Source: Takakia lepidozioides
Lineage: Eukaryota; Plantae; Bryophyta
Assembly: GCA_030704615.1 (NCBI GenBank)
Contig: CM060732.1
Span: 31,620,001 to 31,684,000, forward strand
DNA length: 64,000 nt
Direction of reading: 5' to 3'
The first letter of the stretch is position 1. The number at the start of each line of letters is the position of its first letter. A program made the position numbers and the translations under genes. Under the pieces are notes generated by a model, which saw nothing but the letters and a program-made list of their open reading frames with translations, was not told where the DNA came from and did not search any database. This document shows positions 36,103 to 50,485 of the stretch, in pieces.

Positions 36103-39100
36103 CTAAAGAGTTCTCATGTATACCACAACTTGAGCATCACTCCCAGCTGCTGCAAGCACAGCTGATGCTGGGTGACCCACAATACATGCAATTGGAGACC
36201 CTGTAATCAGACATGCACACACTGAAGTATGTTAGAATTGCCTGCAGACTGAAACTCAAACCTCGCACCTGTGGAAGGTTGACCAGGACTATTTCAGGAG
36301 GTTTTTGGTAAAATGGCATGCACTGCTCTGTAGGGTCTGCAAAGAGCGCATTCTAGCTGTCTCAAAGCCCTGGGACTAGGCATGAAGAAGTCTCCCTGGA
36401 GGCAATAAGACTCACAGACTAGACTATGAAGCTCATCTGCATCCAGATTCAAAAGAGTAAAGAGCATTGCACTCCATTCACCAGAAAACATGCCCTGAAA
36501 GCCAACCTTGAAGCTCAGGCAGGTCCAGAACCTTCTTCCCGCTGATGATTTCCCAGATGTAGAGTTGGCCATCTGTGGTCCCTATGACGCCATAATGACC
36601 AAGGCTGGTTGCTGCTGATGCTCTGCATCAGTTGCAGCACATGCAGGGGTTAGTGTCGTGCAATTTTGCATCAATCAAGGTTCATGACACACTTTCAATT
36701 ATCTGAGAAATTTCTTGACATGATGCTCATGGTACTTCCAAGTAAACGTTACCTGTTATCTAAAGGTATGCCAATGACCAGCCGATCCTCTCTCAGCACT
36801 GCCATCCGACAGTTCCCTGCTTGCCTCTTGTTTCTCATGCCGACATCTCGACTTCCAGCCACACATGCTTCTTCAAATCCAAGCGTATCACTCTCATCCA
36901 AGTACAGGTTGAAATCCACCTCCCGTGCACTTGCCATGACCAACAGGCAAAGAAGGGGAATCTCAGAGGATGATTCTGACCTCAAATCCCCAAGAACATC
37001 TCTGTTGTGCTTCGATCTTTTTGATCTATGATTGTCAATGACTGTCATAGGCAACTGCTGTGGAGATTCGATGTGGTCTTGACCAGTCATGCCCACCCCT
37101 ACTGCTGTGAGGAGATTCTTTGTTGCAAAAGCCAACGGTGTTGAGGGGCTTTCACAATCATTTTGGTTAGTTGTGGGAGACTCGTGTGCCTCATAGCACC
37201 CTGCTTCCTTGCTCTGCCAATGTGGGTCTGGACTGCTTGGGGAGACTGGGTTGGTGCTGCCATGTTGCACATTGAAGGGAAGAACCGTAAGCAACTGAGC
37301 TCTATGGAGAGAGTAGTTAGGTGTATGGCAGGAGGAGAGCAGTGTGCGCTTTATGCAATCCCTGGAAGAAAAGCCAACAAACCATATTATTAAGGACAGT
37401 TAGAATCAATGATATCACATCTCAAATCAGCTTGTAATAGAAGACACCTGGCCCTCCCAGCCCAGTGGTTTGCACCACACCAGAGGTTCACATGTGTTCT
37501 TCAAGCATGTTTTAAAGAATCATCAATGGCTAGATAGCGCACCAGATTGCAAAGGAGCCACTGTAATGACATCCAACGATGAGATGGGGGAGCCCAGGTA
37601 CAACCAAAAGCTGTGAAACTGATTGAAACTGCTCTCCATTGTAGCTAGCACTTGGCAAAGTAATCTGTTCTTCACAAGTCCTGCAGCATTCACAAAGTTT
37701 GTTAGGCGAAGCTTGCTTTTTATGAGCTTACACCTGTCCCTCTCCTTAGTCTCTGTGTGCCATCTTCTTGTGTAATTAACTCCTCCTGTTTCTCATACAA
37801 TACACCGACATACTGACCACTACAGATTTTGTCATGAACCTATGTTGGTAAATATGCTGGCTTGAATAGTTTGTGGTGGAGTGACATGATTTGTGGTCCT
37901 GTCGTAGTGAACGCTGGCTTGCTTCACTTCCATTCCATCAACTATGGGATGCATTACTTGCCAATATTATGAACCTGCAGCATACCTCCAACTTGGATCC
38001 ATTTTCCAGCCCTGTATGCAGCCATTGTCCCCAGCAGCTATGACAGTGTTGGGCCCAGGCACTAGTAGACATCGCATCCTTTGCTCACAACTGAGCCTTG
38101 CACAAACCATACTGCCCTCCTGGAATGAAACAATGTTCACACTGTGTGCTCCTCCCCCTACATGGGTGTGATTATCGGTGCTATGCAGTTCCCGTCCTGT
38201 ATCCCTGTGAGATTTCAATTCATCTTTGAGAAGAGACAGAAACAAAGAAAGAAACTACAAAAAGTCCACAAACAAGGGAATCTTATGGTCGGTCTCAGAG
38301 GTGACTTGGAGCAATACTCGACATAGGCTGATCTGTGACCTCTGACAGTACAGAAATTTCGTCATATTTGGGGTACGCACCATGATCTCCAGATGTTCAA
38401 TGCAAGGCCAGATCCTAACACAGCCCACTGAATATCTCAAGCACACAAGGTTGGGAGCTGGATGCAGGCAATTTAGGGGATTTGACAAGACATGGATAAA
38501 TTGTCACCTAATCTTCTGGTGATCAAATTGTCCAAAATTGTCTCTTCTGTCTTCTCTCTGCATCTCTTGCTCCATACAGGCATTGGGAAGGTTCAGCGTG
38601 GGCTCACATAGCCTGCGGATAGAGACTGGTAGACGAGACAAGGTGTCTTATTTCACAGTCCTCTTTACTATGCAATTCAGTGTCGATACTACTGTCTATT
38701 CTGGGACACCCAATCCCTTGCTGCAGTCTTTCATATCTGCATGGAACACTCCATCTTAGACAGTCTCTTGATGACAGCCAAGAATATCTGTTCAATATCA
38801 ACAGAATCTCTAAGGTGGAGAGCCTTGTGTGTATATATGCTGCCAAGCATTTCTGGTCCTCATAGTGAAAGACCTTTGGCGAAAGGCTCATCTGTCCTGG
38901 AATGTTACTTGTCTTCTATGCATTGGAAGTGGATGCTGTAGTGCCAAATTAGAGTTACATTAACTTGGCACACCAATTCAACAATCAGAAAGATGTTGCA
39001 CTAGGTATATTTGAATCAAACAGCATGCAACTGAAGAGGAAAGCTGCAACAAACCTGGGTTGAAGGACTTGGAAACAGTCCAGCAATATTAGCTCCTGTC

Positions 39101-42100
39101 CATCTGGCGTGAAGCGAATTGCACTCTCTTCCAGTGCCATCTGAGAACACAGTAACCTGCAGATGTCAGATGCACTGTGCTAAGATCTAGGACAGCTTCC
39201 CGGTCAGTATGCAAAGAACAGTCCTCCATCCCATGTTGATAAACCTGGCAGCAACTACATCTTGATTTCAGATACTTTGCAGCTAGAAGCTTAGGCTATG
39301 GAAAAATTGGTCCGATATGACGAATGATCTCAGTAATGCTGACAGCCTTTACAGTCGATAGCCCTGGTGTCCTTTGGGTGCAACTGGTGTGACAGTCAGA
39401 TTGACCTCAGGAAAACAACCAGCAGCGACAAATACCTCAGCATCAGCAGCACTGCAGCCATCATGATGGAGCTCTGCCTTGACACAACCCAGCAATGAAG
39501 CTTCTGCCTTTGTGACTTCCACCTCCACCTTGTGCACAAAGAGAAGTCTCTCACGTTGCTCAATAAGCCCACAACAGACACATAAGTAGATATTTGTACC
39601 CTGGACGTTGAGTACCATGGCAAGAACAGGGTCAGGATGTTGGATGCATGCCACAGGCTCAAGTGTGTTCAACTCCCCCAAACCTTCGACCATGGATGGC
39701 AATCCTTCATAATCAAGAATATCTGAAAAACAAAGCATTCAGTCATTCTTTTGACTTGTTACGAGGTTGGCAACACCTACAAGCTGTGTACAAATAGCTG
39801 TGTCATTATAGCTGCATTGAAGAGCAGGGTCATGTGGTTACTGAGGTCATTGGAAAGCCTTTGTACAAGTAACTAAAACTCCCTTTGGTACTTTCATTTT
39901 GGCACGTTAACAAGCATACCTTCTTCTCCTGAAGATCTTTCCACGTACATGCCTTTGAGTCTTTCATGGTCCAATACTGTGTGATTAGCTGCAATCATGG
40001 CACTCTCCCCAGCTTCATCACAGACCGCCTGGATTTGCATCAGCTGTTGCACCTCATCTACCACATCTTCCATAACCCTCTCCACCTCTCCATTGCTCCC
40101 AAAGTGTTTTGCTTGCCTAGAAAAGCACCTGCTGGATAGGCCATCCTCGTCTTTCTCGGCTCCCTGAGAATCAGAGTCCAAAATAACTAACTGTCCTCCC
40201 TCCTCTGCGGGAAATTCCCTAACCCCACTGACTTCTGCGGCGAAGTCTCCGGGGAAATCTCTGTCTGTTTCTTCCACCCTCTCTTGCTTTCTTTCATGGG
40301 CGTAAGAGATTCCTTCGTCATCTTCATCTTCCTTTTCTTCGTGCATACAGTAACTTCTTGTCTCCTCACTCCTTTCTCTGTCCCTCCCCAGCCCAGTGTG
40401 TGCTGATTGGGAAATTGGGAGAGCATATCCTTCTTGTGATCCCTCTATGGGAGAACTCCTACTGCTTTGACAGAAGATTATTGGGGAGCCATTTTGATTG
40501 GGCTCGGGCGAGTTGACATCTTGCACAGTGGTGGGCTGCTGCTGTCTGTCGGATTCTTCCAGAAAGGTATCTACGCCTTGAATGCATCCAAACAGATCAC
40601 GTCTCAGTGACTAAAATTCCATTCTTCATACCTAATCTGCTTTCTCACGCCAGTGTTCTCAAGTGTAATGATTTCAGGATTTCCAGGCACTGCACCTTAT
40701 GTCTGGCATGGGAATAGCCCTTCTGAGTTCAGATAGTTGTGCTGAAATTGAATCCCAGCTCCCAGTTTTTGTCGGTAGGATGCTGCTAATAAGTACGAAT
40801 GTTCAATGCTTCAACTTAGAAAGTAAGATGTACTGATTTCTTGTTTCAGCCTTCACTTCCCCCATCATCTTTCGAAGTGTAGAAAGGAAAGGTATCATCA
40901 AATACTATGGCTGCCGCTATAGAGATTAAACCAGTAATTTCTAACAAAATATTTCACAATAAAAATCACTCGAGGCTCACCTGAAATACGAGGGCAGAGA
41001 GTCATTACAGGCTGGTGTGTTGCCTTCTGTGAGGTACTGTACTCTGCCACCCCTTCAAGACAAATCTGGCTTCGACTGGCATCGGCCGTTTGATGTTGCT
41101 CACGGCCATGAACAACACCTTTCGAACCCATTGATGGCAGAGAGCTGGGCAATTCATTTCCAGCATGAGGCGATACTTCTCCACTGTAGCAGATCTGAAC
41201 TGCAGCAGGTTGAGAGGTATCCAACTTATCTTCTGTGTATTCTGCAGTTCTCTCCCTCACTTGAGTGTGCAAATTTTGGTCCACAATCACAGAATCACTT
41301 GGCAGTTTCATCAACTGCAGATGATGTGACTCTACTTGCAGAGGATGATGGTCTTTATCTACTGCATACTCAACAGAAGTCAAATCTCCTTTTGTAGGGG
41401 AGCTGCACTTCACTCCATCATCCAACTGAAAATGCTTTCTCTTAGGTGAAGACGCATAACCGTGACCTTTGTAGTCTGTGGTTGCAAGTGAAGGATCCAT
41501 ATGACAGGCAGGTGTGTTCATAATTCCACAACTTTCCACCTCATTTGGTGCCTCCCTGAGAGGATTGTCGAAATGCAGACTCATCTCCATGTCTCCTGCA
41601 AGCTGGTCATCCTGAATAAGCCGATTATCTACTCTAGTATCGTGGACCAATGTGGGCACGCTCAGATTGCTGGCCAAGTCTCGCTTTCTTTTCTTCATCA
41701 AGTGAGTCTCGATCAGAGGCACTGCTTGGGGAAAAAATAGTTTCATCATTGACTTGGTCAGAACCTGGCCCATGGATTCTTCAGAGCCAAGACTTGCCTG
41801 ATGCATTTCTTCTGGCAATAATGGCTGCTGAGGGGAGAAAACTTCTGGGAAGTAAGGCTGTGGTTTTGCTGCTGGACATTCAGGTGTCAGACAAATGCGA
41901 GTGTCTTGTAGAGTAAATTCATCGTCCTCGACAGTGTCACTGTATAGATCCACCTCAGAGATAGGAGGCAGAACAGTGACTACACCAAATTCGTTCAGCC
42001 TTCCATATGTAAAATCTGTAATGAGGTCCCCATTGCCCTCATGCTCCTCTTTCACTCCTCCTGGAACCAACGTGAGTGGTTTGAGTGGTTTGTCGTCAGC

Positions 42101-45100
42101 AATGTCAGAAACAGAGAGAACTTCACCATCCCCAGGCACAGTGCTTGAAGCAATGTGCACTGAGTCAACCAGGCTTTCAGAGTTCTTCTCATACAACTTA
42201 CTTGGGCCTGCTTCTCCCATTGTACTGAAGGGTGGAAGGTCCACAAAAATGTTGCAATCTCTACCTTCTGCTTCCTCGGCACCCACATCAGCAATGTTTC
42301 CAATTGCTGAAGGATTCTCAGTCTTGTGAGAGCATGAGATGCCAATAGCATCAGCAATTTCAGGTACAGGTACAGGTACAGGTACAGGTCTGTCGGGTGA
42401 TGGATCCCCAAATTGCTCACTTGGCATTGTGTCATTCTTCCCTAGAAAGGATTTTGGTATATTGCCCATGAGAATGGGTTCTGCTGCATGCTCAATAAAA
42501 CTTCCAAAGTGGTTACCTTGGCCTGAATCTGTCTTTATGTCAATGGAACTCAGAACCTTTAATTTCAAAACACTCTGAAAATCATCACCGGCACCTATAA
42601 CTTCCAAATTCTTTGTCCCAGGGGTCACCATGACTGCTGAATCCTCAGGCTCTTTACATTGGGGATCGAATTGTCCACATGCTTCACCCATGTCAGGCAA
42701 AGCCAATGTATCTGAGAGTAGATCTACTTCATGAGTAGGTGACAACACCATGGCTACACCAAACTGGTTGATTGTCCCAAAGGTGAGCTCTGAATCAGAC
42801 CTACAGCCATGAGCCTGTTCGCTCAGTTTCAAAGGTAAGCAACTTCTGTCAGGCTGAATGGGCTCTACATCATCCATGTAATGAACTGTGTCCTCAAGTA
42901 GCCGGCCTCCACCTCCATCTACCACTGGGAGTGACCCTGAAGGTTTGGAATTGACCATTCGAAGAGACTTTTCATTGAGAGCTCCCTCTCCCTCAGGTAA
43001 ATCTGATGGTGCGATCTTCAAATTCCTCCCTCCCTCCTCCACATACTCTCCCTTCCCCACCAACCTATGAGTGACTGGGACCTGAGATATTTCCTCAACG
43101 TGCGCGTATAAACCTGCATCTTCTCCTGGACATGAAGTCAGGTCCAGGGATGACCTATCCTTTTGGTGTGCAAATATAGCATCAAACTTTGATGTGCCAC
43201 TTCCTCTTAACAGCCCGTTGCTTTGAATGGCCTTCAAAGCCTCATGTTCAGCAAGATTATCTGAGGATTTGCAGATGCCCAGAGTATCTGAATCCTCATA
43301 TAAAACATTCTTATCTTTTTCATAATATTTGGTACCTGAATTTTCACATTCCAATATAGGTGGGTTATCTCCAGCAAGTGACACAACTGCAAGTCCATGA
43401 AACAATGTGGTGTCTGTGGGGTCTATGAACGGGTCAGGAGTCCTTGTCTTGCACCTTTGGCTGTGTAAGCAGTCACCTGCTGACCAGCAGGCCTGCAGCA
43501 AGGCATCACCGCCATTTTGACCTGCACTTTGCACTGCAGAACCGGATTCTTCTTTGACCAGGCTGGCTTTGAACTTGTTACCCTCCAAAGTCACCATTTT
43601 AAGCTTGTCATTAGATACTTCTTCTTTCTCATGACCATCACCTGCAGTAGATTTACTATCTTGATCTCGAAGAAATAGGGCAGCCGGATGGTGATCGACT
43701 CTTGGCTTGGAACTTCTGCTTGGTCTGGCAAGCTGCATTTGCTTTATCTTGCCACCTGTCTTCTGTTGTGAGACCTCCTCCATGGCCACGGCCTCCTGCT
43801 TGACACATAAGGACAGAACTCAGATATGCAGTACCTAAGTAGTTCAAGACTCTGCCTGTTGTCACAGGCTGATGTACGATAAAAAGTACAGACATGAATC
43901 TGCATCCTCAAGTTGTCTTTCCTTTGAAGCCTCAAAGCTCAAAGTCACTTACATTCACAATGCTTCTGTCAAGCACAGGCCTCAGAGCAAGACTAGAACT
44001 AAATATTTGTTTTGCAAAGAGATTGTACTCATAAGACGTTGTTTGCCGTAGCCTTGTGGCCATTGACCCCGCGCCCAGTTTGAGCGGGAACAAAAGGGAC
44101 AGAACCTACCTCTGTCAGGGGCTGACGTTGGTAGTAAGACTTACCTCCATATAAAGAATTAATCCGGGTTTTGCAAAGAGAGATTCAACTACAGTAGAAG
44201 CTCCAACCTACTGAATGCTCTAGATAAGTGCTCGAAGTATGCTGCACTCACAAGGACCTCAGAAAGCCCAGGAGTGCCAATGGCTACAGAAGTACTAATT
44301 TGTGGACCATCCTGAGGTTGGTTCGCTCGCATGGGGCACTGAGCTGCACCATCATTTGCTCTCAGTGGACTTCCTCTCATCACCTCAGCTGACCAATTTG
44401 GAATTGCAGCTTCCAGGGGGTTTACAGCTCTTGCGTCCTGCCCAGGCACATCCACTTTCTGTTTCTTCATGACAGGGCAAAGGTCGTTCACAGACCTTCC
44501 TTTGGCACCAACAAAAGCAGGGCCTGAGATGGTTTCATCAGGTCTCCAGTGATTCCTCTCGAGCTTAAGTTTATCTGCTGGAACACATGTAGAGTTGAAG
44601 GTCCTCAATGTCTCTCCAGGTGCAGGATTTGCTGGCACATCAGAGATAGGGTAGGATTTTCTCCAAACTCTTGCTTCTTGTGTGGGTAGGCCACCCTGTA
44701 CCATTTCATCCATATCAAGGCAACCACCTCCTACCAAAGAATTGATGCTCTTGATCGCCAGAAATTCATCCACTTTCTTTTCAACTAAGGGCCGTGGACG
44801 TCTTTTGTAATGCAGAAGTACCTTCCCAGTGTCCTGAATCTCTGGTGAAGAACATTGGCCAACTTCCTTTTTGCTACTCTTTGGCGCATGGATTCTTGCT
44901 TTTGGCAAAAGTGTCACCTCCTTTGTCAATAGCCCTCTATTGCTCACATCTCTTGGTTCCAATGACTTTTCTACCACCCATGGTGCCATCCGAGTTGTTG
45001 ACTGCCCAGTGTCTATCCCTCTTGGATCTGGCAGCAATTTAGCTGCCTCTGTAGATGACAGCTGTCTATCATCCCTGTGGCAAAGTTCTCTAGCAGGACC

Positions 45101-46995
45101 ACCAAGGACAGAAGCTGAATTGTGAGGTTGCTGATTCTCCTTGGAGTCCTTTGTCAAGCTTCTCAACTTTGCACTTGGCTGTGTACATTCCAAAGGTGAG
45201 CCTTGACTTTGTGGTTTGCTGCAGCTGATATTTCGCCTAACGGATTCCTTGCTCTCCCTGTGGGTTATTTCCTCAGTTTCTCCTGGAGCTATCTCACTAC
45301 TCTGTACCTGTCCACAATCAGCAGCCACCAGGTCTCGGAATAGACGCAGTACTAATGGGTTGGTGAATCCAAACATCTGCACATTTAGGCCAGGTGTTTC
45401 CTGGTCATTGCCTTCATCAAAGAAAGCAGATCACAACCAAAAGATATAAGACCAGACCTTGATTTACAAACCCTGTGGCAACCTTTGCTCCATTGCGTCA
45501 ACACTCTACAACAAACAAATCAGCCGTTCTGGTATCACCTACTAGTCCATTCTCAAAGGGACAGTGCTTGTGGGGGGACTGATACCTCAGGGCCATCGAT
45601 GTTAAAGAGGGAAAGTCTTCTCAGCAATTTCTTTGCTCCAACATGCTTTCTCTTCAAGATGTTGTCCCAAGCAGCTGTTGGAGTCTCCCCAGAATATGCA
45701 ATTCCCTCCTCACAAGTGACCTGCCGGATAAGCAATTTAAGTTCATTAGTTTACTACAAGCCATACACTCTATTGTATCGGAACCATGAAACAATACAAA
45801 CTCTGTTACAAAAAGGTCGTCATATGTTGGCTTGGCCAAATCAGAAAAACTTGAAGATATTTATGAGCACAATGTTGAGTACGTTTGCATCATTGGATAG
45901 ACGAGCTTCGATTTCAAGTCGCTTTGGGTTCATAAGAGAGGGCAATGCTATAATGCAGTGGTTGTGAAAGGGCAATCTTCACCCAGGCAACTAACACTTG
46001 CGGTATACCAATGCAAAGGTACACTTAACAATCAACTTGACAAAGAGGGGTACTTATGGCTTAGTTATAGACTCTGTTTGCACCGTCCTTTAACCAAAAA
46101 TGGCTGAGGCAAAGAACAAAGTTGACAAATCTTTTGCAGACACAAAGAACACAAACTTGACCTACTGTACAATGTTGAGGTACCTCCCATCAAGGCTAGA
46201 AGGGAAAAAGGATCATACTGAAAACAGAGGCCCCCTTGCGCCTTCACGTATATCCATGAAGTAGTTGTGTCCACCATGACAGCGTGTCGCTTGGTACCCC
46301 ACAGGATACGGGTACTTCTCCTTTCCCTGAGCATCAGTCCACAGCTATGTGAGCAGCTTGCTTAAACTGGCAGACTTTAACTTCCCTAAGCAGAGCAGCT
46401 TCCTTCTCCCATTCCAACTGGAGCTGATTTAAATCACCTTCGTCTTGCACATATATATCTATATCGGAGACTGTCTGAGAAGTGCAGGCACCTGGGATAA
46501 GATGGATGGTGGAAACAGCTTCTGGACAGAGGAAGACTAAATGGAGAAAAGGAGGGGGCACGGGGGGCTAATGAGCCAAGGATATCAAAAATGAAAGGGT
46601 GCTCTGCTTTTGAAGAAAATGAAGATTGATTGTTAGATTGTTTCAGCAAGCACATCCTGCCCATCTGCTTAATCTAACACTCCATAGATTACTGGAATCT
46701 CTAAATACCTCAGGGAGGTAGGGATTGCTGCCTTGTACCAGAGTTCTTTACCAACCAGAGGTCATGACACTGGAGTTGAGAATCGTCCTAATATCTGAGC
46801 TACATTTTAGGTGTGCGATACTGCAAGAATTCTGACAACAAAGGTGACTTGTCCTTGGCATGGGCCATGAGTGTGTCACGACCATTTACGTACCCGAGAA
46901 CTACTCCAGTACTTCTTCTCCCAATGACCTTTGTACAAAGTACCGATGGCAGCAACCTCCATGCCATCACGTCGCTTCTTCCCACTCCTTTCCAT
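36103..46995 (-). CDS. Large FY-rich (FYRN/FYRC-like) domain protein with a long low-complexity middle and WD40-like C-terminus
   Basis: MERSGKKRRDGMEVAAIGTLYKGHWEKKYWSSSR | GKEKYPYPVGYQATRCHGGHNYFMDIREGARGPLFS | VTCEEGIAYSGETPTAAWDNIL..IDGPE | MFGFTNPLVLRLFRDLV; large exons at ~44230-45376 and ~40980-43795; C-terminal exons GVIGTTDGQLYIWEIISGKK and AVLAAAGSDAQVVVYMRTL*. Confidence 0.8.
38560..38945. mobile_element. Intronic LINE (RTE/RTEX-like) ORF2 C-terminal fragments in opposite orientations
   Basis: Plus strand ALGRFSVGSHSLRIETGRR; minus strand CIEDK*H and VFHYEDQKCLAAYIH. Both match the RFRxGSHxLxIETGR...EDExH...DQxxLAxFI tail of these LINEs. Confidence 0.55.
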
Positions 46996-49900
46996 TCCTC
47001 TGTTTCGTCCACATCAATGCAGCATAGCCCTCAGTGTTTTCACCCTAAATGTCAAATGTGAACCACAAGCTAATGGTGACCCAAGCTGAGACACTTACGG
47101 TTAAGAAGCTAGTTCGACCTGACCAGCTGGAACCGCCACAACCAGTATAGACTTATTATGGGACCATCGTTTGCTTCGAGTATCGCAACATAGACTTTGA
47201 AGCTGAGCATGGCAATTGAATAAGAAACCAAGGAAAAAGACCTTAAAGGCTTTCAATTACATACCTCGAACGCTTGAAGCAGTCCATGTCCAATCCTCAG
47301 ACCTGACTCCTACACCTCATACCAGCTTTCTCTGATCGTAGCCCTAAAAATCAGCAAATTTGACATGGTAAATCCGCTGAGACATTTGGAGCAATCCAAG
47401 CAGAAATGGCGAAAAGTGCACAGTTTCGGAGCTTCTAGCAAAAAGCTGAACCAAAAAAAACCAAAAACTGCATATTGAACCAACGTCAATGTGCTCGGAA
47501 GTTCAATCACAACAGCAGTCACTTCAATTTCACCTGAGATTGCAGCAGAGCAAACATGAGCTAAACATTAAAAAAAAGAGCGCCATTACCTTTGAATCTA
47601 GGCTCGATAGCAAAACCAGCTGCCTCTAAGCAGGCCTGAACTTGCAAGGAATCCATTGCCACTGCACAAAAAAATTCCACTCGCATTTTCCTCCACAGAA
47701 CGAAAGAGACGCAAGCCAAGATTTTAGGGCCGTAGCAGCCAACCAAACAGGGGAGCTCTAAGCAGGGCCTGTCCTCGACGGAATCCAATCCACGACATTC
47801 CACCACAATTCACCATGGACATTTCCCCTGAAGATCGCCTCAAACTAAGCCAGAATCTCTGCCAAATTCCTCACTCGCAAAACTTCGCATCCGCTCTCCT
47901 CGTCCGTTCAAATCGAGAAACGACGAGAGAACCGACGACCAGCGAGAAAACGCGCGGGAATGCTCTGCGCTCCGTGGCTGATTTCCACCCGTCCGATCCT
48001 CCACCAACGTGTACGCAGATGACCATGTCGTACGGGCCCGCAGCCGGAGGACTTTCCCGGCCTCAAATCTCGACGGCATTATAAAAGTTTATCCTTTCTC
48101 AGAAATTCACCAAAAACTTACCTATGTACATTTCACACCTTTACTTCTCCTCACTCAAAGTCAACCTTGCACGTTGCATGCGATACCAAGATTCTCCAGT
48201 ATATTCCACATCAATTCATATACAATATCCGTTGCACTCACCACATTTTCATGTTATTTCCTCACACCCATAGTGCCGGAGCCGGCATCAGAAACATGCG
48301 GTTTGGGGGACTGACGGATTTGAGCCCAGGATCACCGGGGCGGCACTCATCATTCATTGGCTCATTAATCGGTTAATTAGTACAATCGAGGGGATCCAAA
48401 GCGCGTCGTACATGATAGTAGTAGAATGTAATGGGACCCTTACTTACGTACTTAAATTGTATTTATTAGTGATATATTTAATAATAATAACAATAGACGG
48501 CAGCAAGTGGGGAAGGGTAGGTAACTAGTGAGATACTAGTGAGGGGCGGGGGGGGTCGTCTCGCAGCTTCTACGCACGGTAAGCTTCTTACAATTTCGTG
48601 TTGCGCTGCACTGTGCAGAGTTTGTCTGCCGAGATTTTGCAGCGCGGCTGTGATCATCAGGTAATCCTGCATGCTTCCTGCATGCTTCCTGCACTAGTTT
48701 TCCTGGTAGAGTAGGCGGAGCTAAGCTATGGCGGGCACGGAAGAGAATGATACAGGTCCTGGAGGTGGCGACACAGTCTAACCCCTCATGTCATTCGTTG
48801 CAACACATGGATACTGCAAGTATGCCGAATCTTGACAATACGCTTTCACCTCTACGTGTGTGTAGTGTTCGCTTGGAGTTGAGTAGGCTGGTTGTGTGGT
48901 TTGTGAGCGTGACTATGTTGCGGTTCTGGGGTGGTGCATGGGGGAACCTTCAATTTTGCCTTGTTAGGGCTTGTTTTTGTGAATGAGGGGTGCGTTGAAA
49001 GAGAACGTACCTCTCCGCGCGGATATCTCTATAAGAATTGTACTCTCTTGATGTCGGTTATTCGGATACTTTGAACTCTCAAGAAGCCAAGAGAAACTCA
49101 CAGAAGGGAGGGCAAAATAATGGCATGTATGCTGTGAAATGCACATGTCCTTCACTGTCTACGTGTTCTGAACTAGTTTCCTTCTTGTGCGTGTATAGCA
49201 TCGTGCTTGTGTTGTGTAGAAGCTTAGGTTGTGCGTTTGGTCTTTTGTGTTAAAGTCTGGAGTGCCAAATACCGAGTCCTTCTGTATTTCCGACGGCATT
49301 GGCGCTGTTTCTTCTGTCCTATTTGTATCGTGTGTTGAAGACCTACGCGCAGTACTGCTGGTAGAGAGGGAGGGAAGGTGGCCAGGCACAAGAAATTATG
49401 TGAAGTAAGAATTAGAAACCAAGAAATGCAAATGGCCTCAAAGAATGATGAGTAGGGGACCCTCGACCGGACTCCCTGAACTATGCCGAGAGCAAAAGAC
49501 AGCTTTTACTGGTAACAAAGCCAAGTTGCAGCTTTGGTTGCAGGACTGGTGAAATGTTTTGTAATCTTGTCGTGACACGAATTCATTGATGATATCTTGA
49601 CTAACATCTCTTCTCCAGAAGGGTGTCGGTCCCTACCTATCTATCCCAGAATGTCTAAAAGCAACTGTCCCCGATGTTCTAGGGTCAGTACCTTTTGCAG
49701 TCATAAAGGTTGGACTATGCAATGCTAAGTTCAATGGAACGTCTCTTGTCATGCCACCAGATGTCTGGCTTGCCCATCAGTGTCGTCATTTTATGGACAA
49801 GGGAGTGGAAGCATATTGAGCACCTCCTGTTGAAATCACACCTGTATCTCAGACAGACAAGCATGGCATCTGGTGAATGATGGACAGGGAGTTAGCCAGT

Positions 49901-50053
49901 ACTAAAGAGTTGCACGGAACACCTAGTGAACTGGCTCTCCTCATTCTGCTGCATACTGACTGCTGGTTGTGGTTGTAACTGAAAATTACCAACCTGGCTG
50001 CCCACAGGGAAAGGGGACACAAGGGCTCCTCTCGCACCAAGCTCAGAAGAAGC

Positions 50054-50485
50054 ATGGAGATTGACTACAGGAGCTCAAACATTGACATCAATGTGGTGTA
50101 CTTGTCAAGCTATCTTGGGAAAGGGGAAGCTTCAGGCCACCGCTGTGACCGGACCTGCCAAGTTGAGCACGTTTGTGCCAATCTCTACTGCTGCAGGTCC
50201 AACAATGTGACACATGTGTGTGATAAGAACTGTAACCAGCGGATTCTGTATGATAATCACAGCAGTCTGTGCCGGGTGAGCAGGAAGGTCTTTCCCTTGT
50301 CATCAGGGGAGCAAGAGGCCATTCAAGGAGTTCGGAGGAAACGCGAGATTGACGGGTGTGAGAGTTACTCATTTAAGCGGCGCCGTGATGCCCGTTTCAA
50401 CTCTTCTCCCACTTTTCCAACACCGTGCCAGATGGCAATCCAAAGACCAGGCTGGGTTGGCGAGAGTTTTATGGATATCAATTAA
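50054..50485 (+). CDS. Conserved-looking small Cys/His-rich (probably Zn-binding) nuclear protein, 143 aa, single coding exon
   Basis: HRCDRTC..HVCANLYCC..THVCDKNCNQRILYDNHSSLCRVS; basic GVRRK and FKRRR NLS-like motifs. Confidence 0.75.
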   Translation: MEIDYRSSNIDINVVYLSSYLGKGEASGHRCDRTCQVEHVCANLYCCRSNNVTHVCDKNCNQRILYDNHSSLCRVSRKVFPLSSGEQEAIQGVRRKREIDGCESYSFKRRRDARFNSSPTFPTPCQMAIQRPGWVGESFMDIN

